Source of the DNA: Cyanidioschyzon merolae
Lineage: Eukaryota
NCBI GenBank assembly: GCA_000091205.1
Contig: AP006496.2
Strand: one strand, 5' to 3'
Length of the DNA stretch: 64,000 nt
Positions 43,526 to 53,669 of this stretch are shown here, piece by piece. The notes below the pieces were generated by a model. The model saw only the letters and a program-made list of their open reading frames with translations. It did no database searches and was not told the origin of the DNA. Within the stretch, counting starts at the first letter, position 1, and each line of letters opens with the position of its first letter. A program made the position numbers and the translations under genes.

Positions 43526-46231
43526 ATGGTGAATATAGTTTGTAGGAGGGGTTTGCTGGGGCAACTTGCTCGGTCTGGAGCAGCACTTTTGCACACGGTA
43601 GACGTGGGGGCCGGATCGTCACGGCGCGTTGCTGTTCGCACTGTGGTTGATTGGAGTCCAGCTGTACAGCAGGCGCGTCTGCCGTTGGAAGCAAACGCTC
43701 AGAGCTCGGTACAAGTTGCAGATGAGCGCCATTTGAGGCTTTTCGACACGTGCCGAAGAACTTGCGAGCGGTGGAGCTCCAGTCAAAGCGGCACGAGCGT
43801 CACTGGTAACGACTTGGCCGGCGTCTCGCTTCGAGTGTTTCCACGAAGGCATCGTGCTGCCAGCACGGCGACGCGCAAGTGTGCCGTGGTAGACGCTGCC
43901 GGCCTCAGAGCGCTGCTGCAGGCGAAACCTAAGCCGCCACTGCTCACCCTGGACTGGACGGAGCGGGTAGCGCGAGGGAGGTCGACGTCAACGCTCGCAG
44001 AGCGCTGGCGTTGCAGCTGGCGGGCGCGACCTCGCATTGAAAAGGCACCCCAGCGATGTCAAAGCACGTCGCCATCACCATCCTCGTCTTCGTCCTCGTC
44101 CTCGTCCTCGTCCTCGTCGTCGTCATCGTCGTCGTCGTCTGCTGCAGGCACAACCGGGGGTTCGTCGCGTCTCTTTACCAATCGATTACGAGGGCGCTCA
44201 CAATACCTAGGAGAGCGACTTCACAGAGCATTGCATAGGGTACGCTCTTGGTTAGCACAGCTTCCAGCACGCACGCTGAAGACCATCGAGTCGTTCGCAA
44301 AGCGGCTCTGGAGAGAGGTCGTGGCCTGCATTCGCCAGCCATCACGCCTTGTCATGCATTATCGTCACGCAAAGCAGACGATAACCGACTTTATTCATCA
44401 TTTCTGGACTGGTACCAAGCTGCTTGCGGCAGATGCTCGCTTGTCCTGGCGCATCATCAAACGCTTGGCGCAAGGCAAACAGCTCACTCGTCGAGAGCGC
44501 AACATTCTGATCGGGACCGGCAGTGATCTAGCGCGTTTGGTTCCATTTTCTTTCTTTATTATTGTTCCTTTTATGGAGTTTGCCCTGCCGTTGGCGTTGA
44601 AACTCTTCCCAAATATGATTCCCTCTCATTTTCAAGACAAGAAAAAGAAGGAAGAGGATATGAAACGCCAGCTCAAGGCGCGTATTGAACTCGCCAAGTA
44701 CTTGCAAGATGTCGTAGAGGCACAGGCGCTGATGATTCGTAACCAAGCTTCAGCCGGTGATGATGTTCGCAAACTGGCGAGTGAGCTTTCCGAGTTTCTG
44801 CAGAAGCTCCGCGAAGGTCATCCAGTGGATAAGTGGGATGTGCTGCGCTTCGCACGGCTTTTCAAGGATGAGATCACGCTTGAGAACGCCACTCGGGAAC
44901 AGCTCGTGGCCATGTGTCGATACATGGGCATTGCTCCGCACGGCAGTGACAGCTTTCTGCGCTATCGTTTACGGGCCAAGCTCGCGTCCATCAAGAACGA
45001 CGACATGCTCATTGCGTGGGAAGGCGGAGTCAAGAGCCTCACCGATGACGAGGTCACACAGGCGTGCCGCGATCGCGGTATCCGAACCGAGGGCCTGCCC
45101 ATTGAGCACCAGCGACAAATGCTTGCCGAATGGATTGAAATGTCGCAGAATCGCGAGATCCCCGGATCGCTCATGATCCTATCACGCGCATTCTTCTACA
45201 CCATGGATCCCGACAAGGCACTGGAGGCGACGCTCACTTCGCTACCGCATGAACTCGTGCAAGGCATGCAGTCCTCGGCTGAGGCGGCGGATGACGCCAT
45301 CGAAGGTGTTGGTACATCTGAAACTGGAGCCGAACACCGGAGTGAATCGGAGCGGCGTCTAGCTGAGGTACGACGCCACGAACGCCTCATGGAGCTTGAG
45401 GAGCAAAACGCTGCGGAGCAGGCAGCAGCAGCAGCAGCAGCAGCTGCTGCTGCTTCAGCGAAGCCAACAACGGATCACGAGTCCGAGGCGGCTGCGGTGA
45501 CGTTGCCAGCTAGCGCCGCTCCCGAGGCAGCTGCGATCGAACGCATACGCGAAGCAGAGCTTGTGCCGCCAAGTCCACGTGAAAGCAGCGTTGCTGCCGC
45601 GTCTGCAGTCGAAACCGAGGCTGTCAAGGCTGGCACCGGGCCCGCCACCTCCTCGGACAAGCTTCTGGACCGGCACCTGGCCGAGCTCAATGTTGCTGAT
45701 CGGAAAGAGGCGGTGGCAATGATCAGCACTGCATTGGAAGAAATGCTGCATCCGATCGTATCAAAAGAGCGGCAGGAAATAGAACAGTTGAAAATGGAGC
45801 TCGCCCAAGCTGTTGCGAACAGCGCCGGACCCAATGCCGCTACGACAGCTGAAATAGAACGCTTGAAGCGCTTCATCGCGCGCCTGGAGGAGGAATGCAC
45901 GCTCGTAGAGCAAAAGGTGGGCGACGCGCTCAAGCTTCTCGACCGGGATAACGACGGCTTCATCTCCGTGAAGGAGATCGCCGATGCGATTGCTGAGCTG
46001 CGCTATGGTCAACCGCTCACTGCGGGCCGAAGTGCAGCGGGCATTCGACCGCCAGGCCTAGAGAGCCGAGTCGACCCCGACTCTGTCGCTGCCGAAGTGC
46101 TCCGCCGGCTTGACCTGGACGCCGATGGTATCATTCAGCCGGACGATATTCGCCGACTGGCAGCTCAGGTTGCTGCGGAGCGACTTGGTCATAGACAAGC
46201 TGCTTCAGCAGCTGCATCGAAGAGCGAATGA
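43526..46231 (+). CDS. LETM1: LETM1/Mdm38 mitochondrial inner-membrane protein (LETM1 domain plus C-terminal EF-hands)
   Basis: 901-aa ORF. LTRRERNILIGTGSDLARLVPFSFFIIVPFMEFALPLALKLFPNMIPSHFQDKKKKEEDMKRQLKARIELAKYLQDVVEAQAL matches human LETM1 [83 protein letters not shown]. Homology continues through SLMILSRAFFY. C-terminal EF-hand-like loops are DRDNDGFISVKE and DLDADGIIQPDD. The roughly 250-aa N-terminal extension contains a poly-Ser(23) tract from a (TCC/TCG)n microsatellite at about 44065-44150, so the true start is uncertain. Confidence 0.92.
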   Translation: MVNIVCRRGLLGQLARSGAALLHTVDVGAGSSRRVAVRTVVDWSPAVQQARLPLEANAQSSVQVADERHLRLFDTCRRTCERWSSSQSGTSVTGNDLAGVSLRVFPRRHRAASTATRKCAVVDAAGLRALLQAKPKPPLLTLDWTERVARGRSTSTLAERWRCSWRARPRIEKAPQRCQSTSPSPSSSSSSSSSSSSSSSSSSSSAAGTTGGSSRLFTNRLRGRSQYLGERLHRALHRVRSWLAQLPARTLKTIESFAKRLWREVVACIRQPSRLVMHYRHAKQTITDFIHHFWTGTKLLAADARLSWRIIKRLAQGKQLTRRERNILIGTGSDLARLVPFSFFIIVPFMEFALPLALKLFPNMIPSHFQDKKKKEEDMKRQLKARIELAKYLQDVVEAQALMIRNQASAGDDVRKLASELSEFLQKLREGHPVDKWDVLRFARLFKDEITLENATREQLVAMCRYMGIAPHGSDSFLRYRLRAKLASIKNDDMLIAWEGGVKSLTDDEVTQACRDRGIRTEGLPIEHQRQMLAEWIEMSQNREIPGSLMILSRAFFYTMDPDKALEATLTSLPHELVQGMQSSAEAADDAIEGVGTSETGAEHRSESERRLAEVRRHERLMELEEQNAAEQAAAAAAAAAAASAKPTTDHESEAAAVTLPASAAPEAAAIERIREAELVPPSPRESSVAAASAVETEAVKAGTGPATSSDKLLDRHLAELNVADRKEAVAMISTALEEMLHPIVSKERQEIEQLKMELAQAVANSAGPNAATTAEIERLKRFIARLEEECTLVEQKVGDALKLLDRDNDGFISVKEIADAIAELRYGQPLTAGRSAAGIRPPGLESRVDPDSVAAEVLRRLDLDADGIIQPDDIRRLAAQVAAERLGHRQAASAAASKSE
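44065..44150. repeat. (TCC/TCG)n coding microsatellite (poly-Ser23) in the 5' part of the LETM1 ORF
   Basis: Seen directly: catcctcgtcttcgtcctcgtcctcgtcctcgtcgtcgtcatcgtcgtcgtcgtc. Confidence 0.85.
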
Positions 46232-47153
46232 GTAAACGACCACGTTCAAATCTGAGGACGGCTGCTCAACCGCCACTGCGTTCACTCCAGGGCCAGAGTG
46301 CTGCCCATTGTCGCTGGCAGTGTGCTAGAATTCGTCGCGACCAGAGCCGTGCACGCGGCAGCCAACGTTGTGGCTGCTCCAGGACGGCAAGTGTGCGTTC
46401 CGCACTGCGCTGGTTAGCTCGAATCGACCGTCCAAGTGCGTCAACCAGGCGGGTGCAGTTCTGGTGAAGGGTCCTCTGGAGGTGCTCCCAGGCCTCTTCT
46501 CGACGCCTTCCCCCGTTCATGCGTAGCGGCAGTGCACAGCGCCACGCCTGTATCGGTGCTGGTGGCAAGTGTGCACGTCCAGTGCACCGGACGCGCAGGG
46601 CAAACCGACGCTGCGGTGGAGGCGCGTGCTGTGTGCCGCCACGCAAGTGTGCCAGCGATACCCAGGTACCGTATTACATGCAAGTAGGAAGAGCGTTCCT
46701 GCGGGGTGAGGGGAAAAGCACACGACGAGACAATGTGTGCAAGGTGAGCAGTCACTTGGTCTGTCCCAGAGCGGTGATCGCGGCAATGTATCTAGCGCCT
46801 GAAGAAGCGCCTGCGACAAGCACCACTCGCTCCGGATTGCCAGATGGATCGTGCCTCTGCTTATGTTGCGAATCCTGATCAGAGGCTCAATGGATATTGT
46901 AGTGTCTGGAGTGATAGAGCGAGGTATGCAGGCCTCTTTCCCGGTTACCGGGAGCGTTCGGCGGACCTCGATGCATCTGGTTCATTCCGTTGACTGTGCA
47001 TTGCGGGGAACAACGGACGCCTTACGCTGGGCGCACTACCACATACATGGCGGAACGAAATGGAGGAGGTGTCACCTGGCGACCTCGAGTGGGCACACTA
47101 ACTTTTGGGTCTCTCTTTGAAAGGTCATCAACATCAGCGATGACGTGCTCGTA

Positions 47154-47940
47154 CTGTGACTGCATCGTTTTCGACACCCTGATCCTCATTAGACCGGTCT
47201 CTGCTCACTCTCGCAGTCCTTTGACAAAAGTCGCCGGACGTTGTTGGCAGTGTTTGCGTCCCGATTTCAATGTGTTCGGCTATTGTCGACATAATCCACA
47301 TACAGGCGAACGTTGCAAGCTACGCCTCGCTTGCCATTTTCATCTTCGATGCGTAGAGCATCGGTGCACAGGGCGCAGCGATGATTCCTAACGACGATCA
47401 ACTGCTCCCGTTCACCCATCACAAATTCCTCTTCCCGTTCCATGTCTTCTGGAGCATGAACGCTTGTTTCTTCGCTCGGCGCATGCCGCTGACGCCTACG
47501 CAGGGTGCACCTCCGACGCCCATACCTTCGTTTCCGCGCCCGGCGCCGTACCCTACGATTCCAGGCCTCGTCTGGGCAATCCCTCGGGCGGGGACGCTGT
47601 CCGCTAGATGCACAGGCGCACGCTTCTCCACTCGATACGTAATTCGTGGAACGGGGTGTTGTCTGTGGAGAAACACGTGCCACAAGGCGAATCGACGCTG
47701 GGGAACAAGGCGCGGAATTGCGATCTGTCTACGCTCGCCTCGTGCAAGGCGCAGTCGCACGCTGAAACGGAAGCGATCACTGTGATGACTCAACTGCGAA
47801 TCAATGATCAGTCTGATGAAGTTGCTGTGGAATTCTGCTTTGCGAGATGCGTTGACTAGAAGGCGATTTGTCTTTTGAACGGAATCGATAATGTGCTGGG
47901 AAAATCCCAATCAATTTTCGGAATGAGCTTATGAACAGGC
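47154..47940. repeat. Direct repeat copy 2 (~787 bp), partner at 41794-42580
   Basis: About 99% identical to copy 1 in the same orientation. Substitutions visible in mirrored peptides include RRGTRRG vs RWGTRRG, ENDKRGV vs ENGKRGV, STPGNK vs STLGNK and CILFDT vs CIVFDT. Confidence 0.9.
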
Positions 47941-48702
47941 GCCCAAGAGAGAACACCCCATGATTTCGTCATCCAATCGGCGGCGCGCATTGCTGCACCC
48001 AATACTTGCTGTGCGTAGGTCGAAAGCTTGACGCATCCGCGATGTGTGCTTGCTGCTTATAAAGAAATGAAACGCGTGGACGCTTTACGTATGATTTACA
48101 TAATGATATCGTCTATTTTGCGACCATTGCCCAAGATTGTCGCGATTGAGAATGATTTCGGTTTTAACGAGTTCCAGGAACAGCGCGTCAATGGAGCCAC
48201 TTCCAAACTTCGACCAAGAATCCTAGAACGACCTGGGAAATGACGAGCCGTCGCTGCTGCTCGCTAAGCAACGATGCTGTACATCAGAGGGATACTTTGG
48301 AAATAAGTCTCGAGCCTGGACTAGAGCGTACAGTTCAGTGCCCCATGTTCATCGGACACGGTATAGCGTCGCCAGGAAGACGCGGCTATGCGCCCGTTGC
48401 AACGCAACAGCAGCGATTGCGTTTCGAGGGTGTCGCCGCATCGGCGCTGGGCGGCGGCGGCGGCGGCGTCGACGACACATGCGTGCACTACGCACGGATA
48501 TCCGTGCATGTCGCGGATACGTGTACGAGGACACTTGCGTGCGTGCATGCGTACTTGCGTCTGAAACTGCCACGAGTTTCACTCAACTTTTTATCTTTGG
48601 ACCTGCTAACCAATTTGGAAACGCTTTCAATCCTCACATTCTACGTCCACGCGTGCTGTCTCGGGCGTGATCTGTGACGATCACCGGTGTTTGGAAGGTT
48701 CC

Positions 48703-49773
48703 ATGGAGCGCGACAGCCGCCGTGGTTACGGCCGGGGCGCTTTCTCTCGCGGTGGTAGTTACAGTCGAGGCGCAGGTCGTCGCGGTGGTGGGAATAGTGG
48801 TGCTGGTGGTGGTGGTGGTGGCGGCGGATCTTTTGGTGGACTGGCACCGCGGGGCGGTGGAGGATTCAAGCCCGGTGCGAACGCTCGTCGTGAAGGTGGT
48901 GGTCCAGGCAGGGGACGCGGCGGCGGCGGCGGCGGCGGCGGCGGCAGCTGGCGAGGCGGCGCCAGTCGAGGCCGCGCTAGTCGAGGACGTGGCGGGTCTG
49001 CAGGTCGTGGCGCCCCGGGTCGCTCGTTGAGAGGTGGATCACGGGTTCTTGTTGAGCCGCACCGTCTCCCGGGTGTCTTCATCGTTCGCGGTAAAGAGGA
49101 TGCGCTTTGCACGAGAAACCTGATTCCCGGCGACACGGTTTACGGTGAGAAACGCGTGTCCGTTGAGGCCGTCGATCCGAACACCGACGAAAAGCGCAAG
49201 ATCGAGTACCGAATATGGAACCCGTTCCGGTCCAAGATGGCGGCGGCGATTCTCGGTGGCATTGAGCGCTTCCCCATCGGGCCCGGTACCAAAGTGCTTT
49301 ACCTGGGCGCAGCGAGCGGAACCACCGTATCACATGTTTCGGACATTGTAGGCGCCAGCGGGGTTGTTTACGCAGTCGAATTCTCGCACCGGTCGGGGCG
49401 GGAGCTGGTAGCGCTGGCACAGCGTCGGCCCAATATTGTTCCCATTGTCGAAGATGCCCGCTACCCAGCGAGATACCGCATGCTGGTGCCCATGGTGGAC
49501 ACCATCTTCGCCGATGTCGCGCAACCGGATCAGTCTCGTATCCTAGCCATGAATGCAGCGTACTTTCTTAGAACCGGAGGATACTTTATGATTTCGATCA
49601 AGGCAAGTTGCATTGACAGTACAGCGGCACCCGCCGCCGTCTTCGCGAGCGAGGTAGAAAACCTCCAGAAAGAGCGATTTCGACCGCTTGAGCAGTTGAC
49701 CTTAGAGCCGTACGAACGAGATCATGCGGTGGTCATCGGCACGTACCGCGTACCACCGAAAAGCAAACCGTAA
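48703..49773 (+). CDS. FBL: Fibrillarin (Nop1) rRNA 2'-O-methyltransferase with N-terminal GAR domain
   Basis: The track ORF begins with GTG at 48667; the first ATG at 48703 gives [30 protein letters not shown]...GGGGGGG, a glycine-arginine-rich domain encoded by GGN repeats. This is followed by [39 protein letters not shown]...[20 protein letters not shown]...[157 protein letters not shown], near-identical in pattern to fibrillarin across the whole methyltransferase fold. Confidence 0.96.
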   Translation: MERDSRRGYGRGAFSRGGSYSRGAGRRGGGNSGAGGGGGGGGSFGGLAPRGGGGFKPGANARREGGGPGRGRGGGGGGGGGSWRGGASRGRASRGRGGSAGRGAPGRSLRGGSRVLVEPHRLPGVFIVRGKEDALCTRNLIPGDTVYGEKRVSVEAVDPNTDEKRKIEYRIWNPFRSKMAAAILGGIERFPIGPGTKVLYLGAASGTTVSHVSDIVGASGVVYAVEFSHRSGRELVALAQRRPNIVPIVEDARYPARYRMLVPMVDTIFADVAQPDQSRILAMNAAYFLRTGGYFMISIKASCIDSTAAPAAVFASEVENLQKERFRPLEQLTLEPYERDHAVVIGTYRVPPKSKP

Positions 49774-50693
49774 GAGAGCGTGCGTCAACGCGTGCGCTGC
49801 CCTTGGAGCCGAGCGCCCGGATTTCCGCCGCTGCTGGCGGCTTCGAGATACACCAGCGCCCTCATCGAGCGCCACGTGCTTTCGCGTTGGCGTTCGAACT
49901 CGGCACTCCAGCATCAGCGTCTAGGAGAAAGGCACGATCGGGCAAGTTTTCGACCGTTGGGTCAAGGTCGTCGGCGGATTTTACGCATGCTACCAGCCGG
50001 TGAAAGGCAGCGGCCTGATATAGAATTTGCTCAAGCGCGGCGGCAAAAGTCGCCCAAGGAGACTCGCCGGCGCCTGCTGCCGTACCTGCTGCTGTTGGCA
50101 CAGGAACGCATGCCGCGTATCCACAGGCGACCGATCGGTTCACTGAGGCGTGACCACGCCGATATAAGGATGGCATTGCCCGATACCTTGTAGAGGCACA
50201 GGGCGGTGATGGCGCTGCCGCACGGCGTGACGCCCTGGTGGCACCATGCTAGCCTGCCGATTCCAGTTGGTATTCGGTGTAAGGAACGCGACCTGACATG
50301 ATCGCTCGCAGGTTATGTGCACGTGGATGTGGCAATGCCCAGCATTTTCATTGATGATGAGCTTCGCCCGAAAACACCGCCCGAGAAATGGGAGCGTTTC
50401 GCTTCATCGCCGCAGTCCAATACGCAGGATGCGCATGGCGAACAAGGGCGATCCTGGCGCCGTGACGTCTGGCCTCAACTTGGACCGCATACCGGGCAGG
50501 TAGCAGCAGCGCTTATGCGACGAAACGTTCAGACTCCGTGGACTGCATTCAACACCGTGCAGCGCATGCCCTCGCACAGGTTGTCACGCCTGTGTGTTGC
50601 AGTGATCCACGGTACTGCTGCGCTTCGCTGCAAGCATCAACACAATGCGCATACGTAGGCGCTTTTACGCGCAATCGAATAGCGGGCCTCAAC

Positions 50694-53631
50694 CTAGACA
50701 TGGGGTAACCACCATATATACATTCGGGCAAGGTTCCGCGCACTGGTTGCCTCAGCAACCAGACGAGCCACGTCGCCTTCGACGGATAAGGGCGTGCCGC
50801 TCTGAGCGCCGTGCAGTCCGCGGCACTTGCGGTCGACAACGCGGAGCATTTCGAGAGCCTGGGCGTTGCGCTCGCAGCATTGCTGCCGCTGCTGGCGCGG
50901 TGGCATGTCGTTCCCGGGGTGCGCTGCTTTCCCGCGTTTGTCTGCTGGACGTCTGAGGCGCGCCGTATCCGCGGGCTCGCGTGGCAGCCGCATAGCGGCA
51001 GCCGGCCCCGGAAGCAACACCGGTCCACGAGTTGCGCTCGCTTCCATGGCCGCAGCGGTGCGTGCATCGCGAGCCGCAGCCGCCCAGTCGAGAAGCGGAT
51101 CGTGCAAAAACGTTTCAAGGACGCTCAAGAGCGTTTCCCGGTGATTCCGCAGCACAGAAAGCGCGATCTGGGCACTACGATAGAAGACACCCTGGTAGCC
51201 TGCGGTGCCCATGGCATCGATCATATTCGGCGTCAGTCGAAACGGCACCGTCTCCGGCACCTTGAGACGGAGACCCTGATCAAACAGGCAAGCGAAATCC
51301 ACGTGCACACACTCGCCGGACCTGGTATCGAGGAGCACATTCTCGCCGTGCCGATCACCCAAGCCAACCACATAACCAACCATGGACCAGAGCGCGCATG
51401 AACGTGCAAATGCCTGCCGCGCCGCGAACCACGCAGCCGGTGAATGTCTCCGCCCGAAATGAATGCTATAAAAGTGACGGAGCACAGGCGGGAATCGGGG
51501 TAAGAGCCACTCGGTATACCAGCGCACCTGATCTGGTTCGGGACGCGCTTTCGCATGCCGTTCATAGGCCAGACGGATCTCTTCGGTGCTGGAGGTGGCC
51601 GTCTTCTCGTAACCCAGGGCCCGATGCAGCATCGCCACCGCTGCGCGCAACGGCACCAGATGTGGCATCCACTCCAGAATACCACACTCTTCATTCAGTG
51701 GCAGCACAGCGTACGTCCGCAGCACGAGGCGCCGCTGCTGAGCGTCGGCAGTCTTGGCTAACAAACGATTCACCACGTTCAAGAGGTCCATCATTCGAGC
51801 ATCCTTGCGCATGTCGCCGGCATCCTCGCGTTTGCAGAGAAACGGGTACACGTGGCCGTCAGAGGCCAGCAGTCCGATGCGCTTCGGACGCATCAACGAG
51901 TTCATAACCCAGACGGGTTCATCGACATCGACCAGGGTCGGGACGCTCACCGCAAATCCCTCGTGCAGGTCGTCACGAAAGCGTCCACTCGTCGGCAGGA
52001 ACAGACGCAAGTACGCTTGATAGGGCACCGGGATCGCTAGTCCCTGGAGACGCTCTCGCAGCAACCGCCGGAGTGCACGCAAATGCACCGAGGCAGTCAT
52101 CTGCTTTAGACCGCGTGGTGGCACCTGGGTACAGACGCGTGCGAGCTGCGCACAAAGCTCCAACCCGGCATCGAGGAGCGTGCTGAGGCCCAGGTCACCG
52201 CGCTGACGCGCTTGATCCAGTATCGCTCGGGCGGTAGCGGCGCGGTTGGCGTCCAGCGCCCCCGCGAGCGGCACGACGTACCAGACGGCCTGTCCTGGAT
52301 ACGCAACGACACAATCAGCGAGCAGGCTGCATAGTTCAGCGCGAACTGCGGCCGAGTGATGTGCTGTGACCCTTGAGAGCAGCTGCGGCAGCACGACAAA
52401 CCAGATATAGAGCGGAAGACGGGTTCGCAGTCTGCGTACAATAGGCAACAAGTATTCGGCGGCAGAGCGACGAGCGATCGACGGCGAATCACGTGCCTCG
52501 TACGAGTCGATGTCGGGTCTGCTGATGCTGCTGCTGCTGCTGTTGTTGTTGTTGTTGCTATCCAATGCTCTGGTATTCGTGCGAATGGCGCATAGCACTT
52601 TGGATCGCTCGATATGCGACGCTGTATCTGGCGTCATACGCTTATCGCTGCTGCTGCTGTTGCTGCTGCTGTCGTTCGTGTGCTCCTCAAGGACGGGCTC
52701 GCTATCCTCATCGAGCCATAACGTGATGATGCGCGGCAGCGAATGGTAGACGTAACGACATCCGTAACGCAGGGAGCGGGCATAGTGCTCGAGTGCCGAC
52801 TGCCGATACAGCCACTGCTGGCGAGCCTGGATACGGGGTTCAGCATCGCGTTCGGGCGTCAGACTATCGTAGAAACGCCCCAGCAATACGTAAATTTTCT
52901 CGGTCTCTGGTTGTATGGAAAGAGCTCGCTGGAAGCAGTCAATGATCTCCTGAGGTTGTGCAGAGCGATCCTCCTGCATCCACTGGGCCTGCAGGCAGAG
53001 CGCTTTGCTCACGAGCCTTGCAGCCGAGCCACTTGATGAGCGCCAAGTGCCGGTGCTGCTGCTATTGCTGGTGGACGCAGTCTTGCGTCCGAGCTGAAGG
53101 TCAGTTAGCGAGAGCGGTAACTGGGCAAGCGCACGACGTGTTTCACCGCGAGCACGGTAGATTTTGGCCAACTCGATACAGGCCGGGCCTTGGAAAAGCG
53201 ACGCACGCGGAAGCTGTTGCAGGTACGCAATAGCGGCTGCGTGGTGACCCGACTTGCGCGCCAGTCGAGCGAGTCGGAGCGTGACGGCATCGGCAGCTTC
53301 TTGGAAGACAAGTGCGCGCTCCAGGAACTGCTGTGCTGAACGTTCTGGGGTCACGAACGACGCAGGTGGACGCGTTGTTCCGGGGACCAGCACTGCAGGT
53401 TTCGTTGACGCACTCACGAGCCAAGTTTGGTCAGGAAACTGGACGCTCGCTGGCTGACTGCGCCCAGCAGCAAGCACTGTCGCTGGGGCAGGTCGTTCGA
53501 TACCACCACCGCCACCACCGCTGCTGGTGCTGCTGCTGGTGTCGTTGTCGTTCTTTGGCGCTGCCCAGGACGACCCGTTTGCACGTTCGCCACCAGCAAG
53601 CGTCCACGGAACGCGCAAGGATGTGCAAGGC

Positions 53632-53669
<38 letters not shown>

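Noticed and set aside
41794-47940. CRISPR array or LTR retrotransposon explanation for the direct repeats
   Set aside because: There are only two copies, 787 bp long and 5.4 kb apart, in a eukaryotic context, so this is not CRISPR. The internal region is the host LETM1 gene with no gag/pol/integrase, so this is not an intact LTR element. Solo-LTR or dispersed-repeat status remains possible and is covered in the findings.
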